Shown here in pieces: positions 26,457 through 33,781 of a stretch of DNA of 33,781 nucleotides. Numbering within the stretch: position 1 is the first letter of the stretch; every line of letters starts with the position of its first letter. Made by a program: the position numbers and the translations under genes. The stretch is from an uncultured bacterium (GTDB lineage: Bacteria; Abyssobacteria; SURF-5): the NCBI GenBank assembly GCA_964482745.1, contig CAYZZY010000003.1, forward strand, positions 1 through 33,781, read 5' to 3'. The notes under the pieces are model-generated. The model ran no database searches. It was not told the DNA's origin and was given only the letters and a program-made list of their open reading frames with translations.

Positions 26457-28355
26457 TTATTTCAGAGCATCTGAGGCAAGCTTGTCGGCTCGCTGATTAT
26501 GGGATCGGCCGACGTGTTGGATGGAAAAGTCCTTGAATTCGCGTCGCAGTGACTGCGCCTTCTGAACGAGTGGCATGAGCGACGTGCTTTTTACCCGGTA
26601 CACACCGGTCATCTGGCGGACGAGCAATTCGCTGTCGGAGAAGCACTGCACACGAGTGGCCCCGAGTCTTTTCGCTTCTTCGAGGGATCGGATAAGGGCC
26701 GTGTATTCCGCAACATTGTTTGTGGCTCTCCCGATGCGCTCGCTCAATTTAAGGATGGTCTTACCCGACGGTTCGCTGAGCACGGCCCCTATTGCGGCCG
26801 GGCCGGGATTGCCCTTTGACGCGCCGTCAAAGAATATCTTTAATTTGTCCGTTCCTTTCTTATTGCCTTTTTCCGGTTTCGGCGCTCGATGCTCCTGTAG
26901 AGCACCCTTTTTGGGCGGCATTTGTTTGTCGCCGTTCCCGCCTTGCGGTTCCCAGACATGTTTGGGCCATGTTGCGCCGATACTCTTGAGATAGCTGCCA
27001 TATTCGACCGATGCGGCCAGGGCGTCGATCGATCGCGTAAAGCTGGAGTAGACGGGGATTTGCAGGGATTCCAGCCGCTGAAACAGGATCTCATAGTTAT
27101 CTTTGTACCCGATCGAGCAGAATACGACCGGCTTATCCGGGTATTCGACCTGCAGGTCGTGTATAAAGTCGAAGGAGAAGCCGGTTTCCGGAAACGGCGT
27201 CCACGTCACGACGAGGCAGGCATCGGTGTCGGGGTTTTTCAGTGCACAGCGTGTCGTCATCTCGAATGCGGGCTGAAAACCGACGGTTTCCGTCAGCGGC
27301 TCTATATCAAAAGGATGCCTGATTGTGGCCCATTCGGGGTAGTGCTTCTGAATTTCGGCCAAAGATTCCCGAGGAAAAGAGGCGAGTTGAAAACCCGCTT
27401 CAACGGCAGCGTCGGTCGACATCACGCCGGCGCCCCCGGACAGCGAAACAATGGCAAGTCGATTGCCCCGCGCCACAGGCTGATATGCGAACAGCTTCGC
27501 AAAGTCTATAAGTCTCTGGAACGTCTTGACACGCAGGATGCCGACTTGCTTGAATGCGCCCGCGGTAACGCTGTCGTTGCCGGCGAGCGATCCGGTATGT
27601 GACATGGCCGCTGCAGCGCCGGCGTCGGTTCGACCGGCCTTCAGCGCCACAATCGGTTTCAGTCGGGTTGTAGCCTTGGCCGCTTCCATGAAGCGTCTTC
27701 CATCCCCGATTGACTCCATGTACATCATGATGACGCTCGTATGGTTATCTTCGGCAAGATACTCCAACACGTCGGCGTCATTGATATCACACTTATTGCC
27801 AAGGCCGGCGACCTTGCTGATGCCGAAACATTCTGATGAAAGTATCCATTCCAGTAGCATTCCGGCAAACATACCCGTCTGCGCGATGAAGGCGACCGAG
27901 CCTTTCCGAATATCCCTCAGCGGCACAAAGGTGGTCGTAAAGTTCTCATGAGGGTTTAAGATTCCTGTCGTGTTTGGGCCGATAATTCGGATACCCGCGT
28001 CTCGCGCCATTTCCACAAGTCTGCGTTGGTTTCGTGCCCCTTCTTCGCCCGCCTCCTTGAAACCAGACGAGATAATGACGACTCCCTTGACACGTTTCTC
28101 GGCGCAATCCTTCATCACGCCGAGTGCGCCTGCCGCCGGAATCGCAAAGATGACCAGGTCAACATCCGAGGGAATCTCCTTGACGGATGTATAGGTCTTA
28201 ATGCCTGCGATGTCTTCTCCCCTGGGATTGACGGGAAAGATCCTGCCTGCGTATTCCATGTTGATCAGGTTGCTCAGTATGATGCTGCCGAATTTCATGG
28301 GATTCCGCGATGCGCCCACAATAGCGACGCTGTCAGGATTGAAAAAAAACTCCAT
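26457..28355 (-). CDS. Fusion protein: NDP-forming acyl-CoA synthetase alpha-type module (CoA-binding plus CoA-ligase domains) joined to a C-terminal type-1 RNase H domain
   Basis: 632 aa in one frame with no stop. The N-terminal part has VAIVGASRNPMKFG (CoA-binding Rossmann), GPNTTGILNP and the phosphohistidine loop AAAMSHTGSLAGN. A Lys/Pro-rich linker follows. The C-terminal ~130 aa (about nt 26460-26846) carry RNase H motifs FFDGASKGNPGPA, NNVAEYTAL, CFSDSELLV and NQRADKLA. A GGAGA RBS lies upstream of the ATG. Confidence 0.85.
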   Translation of the reverse strand: MEFFFNPDSVAIVGASRNPMKFGSIILSNLINMEYAGRIFPVNPRGEDIAGIKTYTSVKEIPSDVDLVIFAIPAAGALGVMKDCAEKRVKGVVIISSGFKEAGEEGARNQRRLVEMARDAGIRIIGPNTTGILNPHENFTTTFVPLRDIRKGSVAFIAQTGMFAGMLLEWILSSECFGISKVAGLGNKCDINDADVLEYLAEDNHTSVIMMYMESIGDGRRFMEAAKATTRLKPIVALKAGRTDAGAAAAMSHTGSLAGNDSVTAGAFKQVGILRVKTFQRLIDFAKLFAYQPVARGNRLAIVSLSGGAGVMSTDAAVEAGFQLASFPRESLAEIQKHYPEWATIRHPFDIEPLTETVGFQPAFEMTTRCALKNPDTDACLVVTWTPFPETGFSFDFIHDLQVEYPDKPVVFCSIGYKDNYEILFQRLESLQIPVYSSFTRSIDALAASVEYGSYLKSIGATWPKHVWEPQGGNGDKQMPPKKGALQEHRAPKPEKGNKKGTDKLKIFFDGASKGNPGPAAIGAVLSEPSGKTILKLSERIGRATNNVAEYTALIRSLEEAKRLGATRVQCFSDSELLVRQMTGVYRVKSTSLMPLVQKAQSLRREFKDFSIQHVGRSHNQRADKLASDALK

Positions 28356-28450
28356 TTCGTTCTCCGTTTTTTCTCCGCGAAAGGAACATCAAAAGGCCGG
28401 GATGTCCTCGGCGCGGCATAGCCGCAATCAAAAAGCAAGAAGCTTTGGAT

Positions 28451-28487
28451 CACGAATGACACGAATCAAAGCCGAATCACACGAATG
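28451..28487. repeat. Four tandem ~9-nt repeats (consensus CACGAATSA)
   Basis: The units read CACGAATGA, CACGAATCA, AGCCGAATCA, CACGAATGA on the + strand. They are intergenic, between the AcnX small subunit gene and the fusion gene. Confidence 0.8.
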
Positions 28488-28490
28488 AAG

Positions 28491-28549
28491 GCATAACTCT
28501 CTGTCATTCCTGCGAAAGCGGGAATCCATTTCAGGACAATGAGTTATGC
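28491..28549. repeat. Nested palindromic element (REP/MITE-like, or a structured RNA)
   Basis: A perfect 9-bp outer stem pairs GCATAACTC (28491-28499) with GAGTTATGC (28541-28549). A TGTC/GACA pairing comes next. The inner 8-bp hairpin is ATTCCTGC-GAAA-GCGGGAAT (28506-28525), with a GNRA-type tetraloop on the + strand. Confidence 0.75.
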
Positions 28550-28617
28550 AAGCATCATTCTAAGAAAAACGACAAAAAGTTCAAGAAATTAAAGGCAAGT
28601 AGTTCAGAGATGCACTC

Positions 28618-29043
28618 TCATGGCTGTGACTTCTTTGTAACCTCGATGATACCTTCGTCCGCGTCGAGCTTTATCCAGTCGCCGTCTTCTATCGTCTTGA
28701 AGGGGTCTTGATCCAGATCGGTCATCATCGGGATGTCGGAGATGGCACAGCCGAGCACGCAGAGACAGTCGAGTTCGGTGTTTATAATCGCGGCCGGCGC
28801 GACCCCCAGCCTGCTGGCGATGTTTATGTAGCCGGACGTTCCCGACGATCCTTTTGTAAAACGAAAGATGAATACTTTTCCCGCGAAGCTCTTGCCCTCG
28901 AATTTGTTGCCGACCTCGTGCACGATGCCCTTGGTGGGGTCAGTGCCTCCCCAGAACGATACGCGCTCGTCGGCTATGAGGGCTTCTCCCTCTGCTTTTC
29001 CCCCGACGACTTTTCTCCCCTTTATCGTGATAGTGTCTGCCAT
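28618..29043 (-). CDS. Aconitase X small (swivel-domain) subunit, DUF126 family
   Basis: 141 aa with G.AEGEALI......SFWGG.DP..G.I and KGSSGTSG motifs typical of DUF126. It starts 3 nt after the DUF521 gene ends. Confidence 0.8.
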   Translation of the reverse strand: MADTITIKGRKVVGGKAEGEALIADERVSFWGGTDPTKGIVHEVGNKFEGKSFAGKVFIFRFTKGSSGTSGYINIASRLGVAPAAIINTELDCLCVLGCAISDIPMMTDLDQDPFKTIEDGDWIKLDADEGIIEVTKKSQP

Positions 29044-29046
29044 GGT

Positions 29047-30273
29047 TCAAGCTCCTCTTTTCCCCCGGATAGCCGCCTCAACGCAATCCTTCGTGTTCGC
29101 GAAATGGACTTTGGCTCCCAGTTGGCCCGGAGAGTAGTATGCCTGCTTGACCGAGTTCGTCATGTATTGCTTGTTCCGCGCCATTTCTATCTGGCTGATA
29201 CACGGGCAGGTGTCGGCCATAATGCTCCCGCCTGCATCGGAAATCATCTTGTCATAGCCGAGCTTCTCGGCGTAGGAACGGATCGAGTCTGTTGTGGCAA
29301 TCCACAATTTTGTGTTCTCGGAAATGCGCTTTCCCTCGAGGAGATGAGCGACTTCGACAATCTCGGTGAGGGTGGCATGCGGACAACCAAGCATGACAAT
29401 GTCAACGTCAGGCGATGAGCAGATGTTGAGGCGCTTGTATACCGCCTCTTTATCTTTATTGGTGAACGTGTGGCGGCTTATCGGCCGGTCGCCCTGGAAT
29501 GCCGCCTCTTCCGATGGCGCTTCGGGCGTGATTCCTACAATATGGAACATGCCGACGCCTCCTTCGGTGGCAAGGGCGGCGCACATCCCTTTTGCCTCCT
29601 CGAGGCTGGGGATTTTGCAGTTTTTGAATACGGGTACTCCCAATCCGGCCAGGTCGCCTCCGTAATAGCCAAGGGTACCCCAGTCGGACAGGTTCTCAAG
29701 ATCGGCTTCGACATCAATGAGAATAGTGCCGCGCCGGTTTTCCGTTATATGATTGCCGAAATAGGGGATGACCCCTGTCATCGCGGCGGGCAAGGCCGCC
29801 TCAGCGCCCTCGCGATTCGTGCGCGCGCCGAGGATGCCGTTGGCGTACGAGATGGCGGCGGATTCCGTCCAGGCGCACGTCTGGCCTTTCAGAGGGGCGT
29901 TCCCTACGATTTCCGGCGCGCACGTCCATGTGAGCTGAAGTCCCGCCTGCGCGGCCACCGGAACAAGCGACGCCTGAAGCTCGTAGCGCCTCTCATCGAT
30001 TCCGAATTCACGCCATTTCTTGAAATCGATAAAGCCGACATGTGTGGTCGTTGGCGCCTTTACCCGCGACTGGCCAAACATTTTCAGTGTCTCGACGACC
30101 TCTTCGGCCTGTCCTTCCATCGGAATGGTGAATATGGCGTGCACGTTCTTGACAGGGATAAGCTTTTCGGCGTCCATCGCCTCCCCGTATCTCACCAGGT
30201 AATTCATCGCCATGCCGATGATGGGGCCGTCTTCCCCCTCCAGCATGCGCTTTTGCTGTTCCGTCAACTGCAT
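29047..30273 (-). CDS. Aconitase X large (catalytic) subunit, DUF521 family
   Basis: 408 aa. The N-terminus LTEQQKRMLEGEDGP and the Cys-containing motifs TCAWTESAAISYANGILGARTNREG, LGCPHATL and ADTCPC are typical of the Fe-S-binding AcnX catalytic domain. Confidence 0.85.
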   Translation of the reverse strand: MQLTEQQKRMLEGEDGPIIGMAMNYLVRYGEAMDAEKLIPVKNVHAIFTIPMEGQAEEVVETLKMFGQSRVKAPTTTHVGFIDFKKWREFGIDERRYELQASLVPVAAQAGLQLTWTCAPEIVGNAPLKGQTCAWTESAAISYANGILGARTNREGAEAALPAAMTGVIPYFGNHITENRRGTILIDVEADLENLSDWGTLGYYGGDLAGLGVPVFKNCKIPSLEEAKGMCAALATEGGVGMFHIVGITPEAPSEEAAFQGDRPISRHTFTNKDKEAVYKRLNICSSPDVDIVMLGCPHATLTEIVEVAHLLEGKRISENTKLWIATTDSIRSYAEKLGYDKMISDAGGSIMADTCPCISQIEMARNKQYMTNSVKQAYYSPGQLGAKVHFANTKDCVEAAIRGKRGA

Positions 30274-30297
30274 GAAAACCTCCGTGTTTCTTCAAAA

Positions 30298-30726
30298 TCA
30301 CTTCGCCATTGGCATCATCAATTCGATTGTCTCGCCATCGAATCCCTTAAAAAAGACCACTTTATACGTCCCCAGATCCTCTGCCTTTGAATAGAATTCT
30401 ATCCCCTGTGCTGTCAGTTTTTTGCAGAGTTCGTCAAGCTCGTCGACCACAAACGCCACATGCATGTAGCCGATATCACATTGCCTGCGTTCGATTTTCT
30501 TCCCTTTCGGTTTGAAGAACTGGAACAGTTCGATGTGGCAATTGTTCAGGCGGAGCATGGCGATTCGCTCGTGCACTCCCGGCAGCCCGATGATGGTTCC
30601 AAACTCAGGAACATCTTCAACGGTGAGATCAAACGCGACCTCCATCCCGAGAATGTCGCAATAAAGCCCGAGCGATCTCTCCATATCGGTGACACTCAGA
30701 CCCGTATGATGTATCTGTTTGAGCAT
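30298..30726 (-). CDS. VOC (glyoxalase I / dioxygenase) superfamily protein
   Basis: The tracked ORF starts at 30825. The ATG at 30726 follows a strong AAGGAGGAAA RBS and gives MLKQIHHTGLSVTDMERSLGLYCDILGM, the canonical VOC N-terminus. H..E metal-ligand positions are plausible (HIELF, HVAF, TIELM). Confidence 0.85.
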   Translation of the reverse strand: MLKQIHHTGLSVTDMERSLGLYCDILGMEVAFDLTVEDVPEFGTIIGLPGVHERIAMLRLNNCHIELFQFFKPKGKKIERRQCDIGYMHVAFVVDELDELCKKLTAQGIEFYSKAEDLGTYKVVFFKGFDGETIELMMPMAK

Positions 30727-30854
30727 TTTTTCTGTTTCCTCCTTTGATTCAAGAATGGCAACCGCCTGTGCCGGGCCCTTGTGCTGCGGCGCCAGAATGC
30801 GTGCTCGGGGTTTATGGTCCGGCAATGAGGCGGGACGGTCCTCTCAGTATCTGA

Positions 30855-30884
30855 ATAATAAGGTCTGACAGCATGGATTGTCAA
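30855..30884 (-). promoter_or_regulatory. Putative sigma70-type promoter of the VOC-AcnX operon
   Basis: On the minus strand: TTGACA (30884-30879), an 18-nt spacer, then TATTAT (30860-30855), about 130 nt upstream of the VOC start. The spacer coincides with one copy of a direct repeat. Confidence 0.4.
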
Positions 30885-30912
30885 GAGGCCGGTCTGACAA
30901 CAGCATATGGAT
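30862..30912. promoter_or_regulatory. Direct repeat pair flanking the -35 element (candidate regulator binding sites)
   Basis: GGTCTGACAGCATGGAT (30862-30878) and GGTCTGACAACAGCATATGGAT (30891-30912) share GGTCTGACA...GCAT..GGAT. Confidence 0.4.
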
Positions 30913-31266
30913 GAATCATTTGTTCCGATAGAGCGCCTAAAATATGACTCCCGCAAGCTTGCCCAAAATGCGATTTCGCGAATCCAAAGATTGAGAGTGT
31001 AACTTGGTGATGAAATTCTTGACTTTTCATGAGTGAAGAATAATTTGGCGAAACCTTCACTATGCATGGGTGCGCCGCTGATATGAAGATATACACATCA
31101 CGTTTCCAACGTTAGACTTGACAAGTTGGGTGGGTGAAAGTTGTAGCAGGCTGAATTGAAGAATATCCGGCTTTCCAGACAGAAGTTTGACTCTCTTTTC
31201 ACCGGAGCCTATTCAAATTCTCCATACCTTTGGAAAAAAACCAGCCATTGCTCATGCCAAAAAAAC

Positions 31267-31295
31267 TTGTAAAATTTCGTAAAATTTGATATAAA
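31267..31295 (+). promoter_or_regulatory. Putative sigma70-type promoter of the PAS-GAF histidine kinase gene
   Basis: TTGTAA (31267-31272), a 17-nt spacer, then TATAAA (31290-31295), about 58 nt upstream of the ATG. The spacer contains a 9-nt direct repeat, GTAAAATTT (31269-31277 and 31279-31287). Confidence 0.4.
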
Positions 31296-31352
31296 GTTAT
31301 TCAGAAGGTAAATCTGGGACCACCTCCGAAGACAATTTATCTGGGTTTTACA

Positions 31353-33149
31353 ATGACCGACTCAAAAAAAAACCAGGCCGAACTCCTCGCTGAGTTAGAG
31401 AATCTCCGCGCACACCTACGAGATCTGGAAAAGCTGTCGGCCAATAATAAGACCTCCAGGCTGGCAGCGGAGGAGGCACGGGCGTATGCCGAAAGCATTA
31501 TAAATACGGTGCGGCAGCCTCTCCTGGTACTCGATGCTGACCTGCATATACTCACCGCGAATCGGTTCTTCTATAAGTCCTTTGCTGTTTCGAAGGAAGA
31601 AACTGAGAACCGGCTGATCTATGAAATCGGGAACCATCAATGGGATATTCCCATGCTCCGGAACCTGTTCGAAAACATTCTTCCCGAGCACACTCATTTC
31701 CATGACTTCGACGTTGAGCAGGAGTTTCCGAATATCGGTCGAAGGACAATGCTGCTTAACGCCCGCCAGATTTATTCTCGCGATATTGGCCAGGATCTGA
31801 TCCTGCTTGCCATCGAAGACATCACTGAGCGCAAAAGGGCAGAAGAAGCGCTGCGGGTATCGAATCGATTGCTTCAAATTACTAATCGGCACGCAGAGAT
31901 GAAGTCATTGCTCAACGCAGTCGTGGATGAAGTCAAGAGGTTCACCGGATGCGAAGCCGTCGGCATTCGTATACTGGATTATGAAGGGAACATCCCTTAT
32001 GAGTCTTACACCGGCTTCACAGAGAGTTTCTACGAATCGGAAAGCCCTCTTTCCATCAATTTGGATGAATGCATGTGCATTAACGTCATCAAAGGTGAGG
32101 TCGATTCGAAGCTTCCTTTCTATACGAAAGGTGGCTCATTTTACATGAATGGCACTACCCGCTTCCTGGCCACAGTCCCTGAAGAAGAGAAGGGGAAAAC
32201 TCGCAATGTATGTAACGAGGTCGGGTACGAATCCGTAGCTCTGATTCCGATTCGGGTAAACCACAGCATTTTAGGCTTGATGCATATAGCTGACACTCGC
32301 GAGAATATGGTTCCTTTGTGGGTTGTCGAAACACTTGAAGCGGCGGCCATGCAACTGGGAACTGGCATAGAGCGGTTGTCCATACAGCAATCGCTGAAAG
32401 AGAGTGAAGGACGCTACCGCATTCTTTCTGAAAATCTGGAGGTGGCGGTTAAAAAGAAGATAGAAGAGCTTCGCCAATCCGAAAGCCTTGCTTCCATTGG
32501 CCAGATGGTATCCGTTGTTGCACACGACATCAGGAATCCGCTTCAAACAATCCAGATGGGTATAGGCGCGATCCGGAAGGAGCTGTCTGCGGACAAGAAG
32601 AAATCGGAGATCTTGGAAGAAATCGACTACGGTGTTGATACTCTGAATAACATTGTTGGAGAGTTGTTGGAGTATGCGAGGCCGGTAAGCATAGAATATG
32701 CGTCTTGGCCACTTCGTAATATTGTAGATCAGGCTCTGAGCGCACTTCGGCACCGGTTTGGCAAAATCAGAGTTCACCTCGAATTGGAGGACGAAGAAAA
32801 GGAGATACGCCTGGACGGGGCCAAGATGACTCGGGTTCTTTCTAACCTAATTCTAAATGCAACAGAGGCGATGCCAGGCGGAGGAGACCTCAGAATTCTC
32901 TCCCGCTTTTTCGAACTTGAAACCGGGAAGGTTTTGCGGCTAACAATCTCGGATAATGGGCATGGCATAGAGGAGAAGGATTTGGAACGAATACATGAGC
33001 CATTTGTCACTACAAAGCCTCAGGGTACGGGTCTGGGCATTCCCATCTGCAGAAAGATCATCACGGCACACAATGGAAGCTTCAGAATCAACAGTAAAGT
33101 CAATGAAGGAACCATAATCGATATTGAGCTGCCCGTCAGGAGCTCCTGA
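31353..33149 (+). CDS. Cytoplasmic sensor histidine kinase (coiled-coil, PAS, GAF, HisKA, HATPase)
   Basis: 598 aa with no TM segment. The PAS-like region reads IINTVRQPLLVLDADLHILTANRFFYKSF...LILLAIEDITERK and the GAF-like region FTGCEAVGIRILD...GLMHIAD. H-box VVAHDIRNPL, N box LILNATEAM, G boxes SDNGHGI and GTGLGIPICRKI. There is no obvious RBS. Confidence 0.9.
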   Translation: MTDSKKNQAELLAELENLRAHLRDLEKLSANNKTSRLAAEEARAYAESIINTVRQPLLVLDADLHILTANRFFYKSFAVSKEETENRLIYEIGNHQWDIPMLRNLFENILPEHTHFHDFDVEQEFPNIGRRTMLLNARQIYSRDIGQDLILLAIEDITERKRAEEALRVSNRLLQITNRHAEMKSLLNAVVDEVKRFTGCEAVGIRILDYEGNIPYESYTGFTESFYESESPLSINLDECMCINVIKGEVDSKLPFYTKGGSFYMNGTTRFLATVPEEEKGKTRNVCNEVGYESVALIPIRVNHSILGLMHIADTRENMVPLWVVETLEAAAMQLGTGIERLSIQQSLKESEGRYRILSENLEVAVKKKIEELRQSESLASIGQMVSVVAHDIRNPLQTIQMGIGAIRKELSADKKKSEILEEIDYGVDTLNNIVGELLEYARPVSIEYASWPLRNIVDQALSALRHRFGKIRVHLELEDEEKEIRLDGAKMTRVLSNLILNATEAMPGGGDLRILSRFFELETGKVLRLTISDNGHGIEEKDLERIHEPFVTTKPQGTGLGIPICRKIITAHNGSFRINSKVNEGTIIDIELPVRSS

Positions 33150-33392
33150 TGGACAATGAAATGAAGTGAACCACGCGATCCAAGGCCGCATCCTCTCCTC
33201 TTTTTCTTTTCACCTTGTCGTTCAACAATCCCGCCCACTTACTTGATATCGCACTTTATGACATACTTAGAATGCAAGCGATTGCCTTTCTGAATCCTCC
33301 TTTTCAGCCATCCTTGCTTTCCGGAAGGAAACCGCCAAACTGATCGTTCTCTATCGGCGCCCCGTCTAAGACGCCATGAATGCGTGGTGACC

Positions 33393-33737
33393 ATGTCCAT
33401 CCGCACGATACTTGTTGTGGAGGACGACTTCATACAGAGACGCCAGCTGGTTCGCACCTTGGAAGAGGTTGGCTATATGCTATTCCATGCCTCCGATGGT
33501 CTGCAAGCGATTCGCATACTTGGGAGGCGAAGAATACATCTTGTTCTGACGGATATTAGAATGCCTTGCCTGGATGGCATCTCTCTTCCTAAATATGTCA
33601 AGATATTCTTTCCGCACATCCCTGTAGTAGTTGCTACCGCCTATCCGGGAGAGATGGAAGACCTCAAACCCGATGCGCTCCTTTGCAAACCGTTCGGTCC
33701 GGAAAAACTGATAAGTTGGGTTCAGCGCTTTATCTAA
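33393..33737 (+). CDS. Single-domain response regulator (CheY-like receiver)
   Basis: I prefer the ATG at 33393 over the tracked GTG at 33384. Receiver motifs are ILVVEDD, the phospho-acceptor context LVLTDIRMPCLDG, and CKPF. Confidence 0.85.
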   Translation: MSIRTILVVEDDFIQRRQLVRTLEEVGYMLFHASDGLQAIRILGRRRIHLVLTDIRMPCLDGISLPKYVKIFFPHIPVVVATAYPGEMEDLKPDALLCKPFGPEKLISWVQRFI

Positions 33738-33781
33738 TGGCAGAGAGCTTGAACCTGTCGCCCATGCGCTGAAGAATCCGC

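Noticed and set aside
28451-28487. Tandem repeats considered as a degenerate CRISPR array or minisatellite coding repeat.
   Set aside because: The units are only about 9 nt long and contiguous, with no spacers. There are no cas genes in the window. The overlapping + strand ORF (28201-28488) is an intergenic artefact.
30696-31096. Minus-strand ORFs of 123 aa and 71 aa in the VOC/kinase divergent intergenic region.
   Set aside because: Their translations are Arg/Ser/Cys-rich and not protein-like, and they have no RBS. The first overlaps the VOC start region. The stretch is better explained as promoter or leader DNA.
33239-33457. Minus-strand 72-aa ORF overlapping the response-regulator start.
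   Set aside because: It has no RBS and a Trp/Arg-rich composition. It overlaps the well-supported receiver gene on the opposite strand.

Overview
This window looks like a diderm bacterium of uncertain lineage, since an LptD-type outer-membrane protein is present. I found no rRNA, tRNA, CRISPR array, transposase or integrase.

The left half (1-16.3 kb, + strand) is housekeeping:
- a partial His/Pro-rich ORF, then nuoN;
- a complete canonical F1Fo ATP synthase operon (atpZ-like, atpI, B, E, F, H, A, G, D, C) with a terminator;
- a CBS-domain ClC channel;
- lptD, translationally overlapped with three extended-SDR sugar-nucleotide enzymes (one a clear UDP-glucuronate decarboxylase), then a stand-alone PilZ protein.

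The right half (16.9-30.7 kb) is almost entirely minus-strand and accessory-looking. It has three parts:
- (a) An eight-gene tightly packed signalling cluster: a GAF-PAS hybrid histidine kinase/receiver, a PilZ protein, an exported coiled-coil protein, a membrane Hanks Ser/Thr kinase, two small proteins (one missing from the ORF track), a membrane-anchored excisionase-type HTH protein and a small exported protein.
- (b) A small membrane peptide, an alpha/beta hydrolase and a URO-D-family protein.
- (c) A VOC enzyme and split aconitase X (DUF521 + DUF126), then a repeat-rich spacer, then an unusual single ORF. That ORF fuses the alpha part of an NDP-forming acyl-CoA synthetase to a complete RNase H domain.

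The window ends with a + strand PAS-GAF histidine kinase and a single-domain response regulator.

The most interesting items are the acyl-CoA-synthetase-like/RNase H fusion, the signalling cluster ending in a membrane-tethered HTH protein, the functionally ambiguous split AcnX operon, and a nested-palindrome plus 9-nt tandem-repeat element at 28.44-28.55 kb. All functional calls rest on motif recognition by eye. No database search was run.
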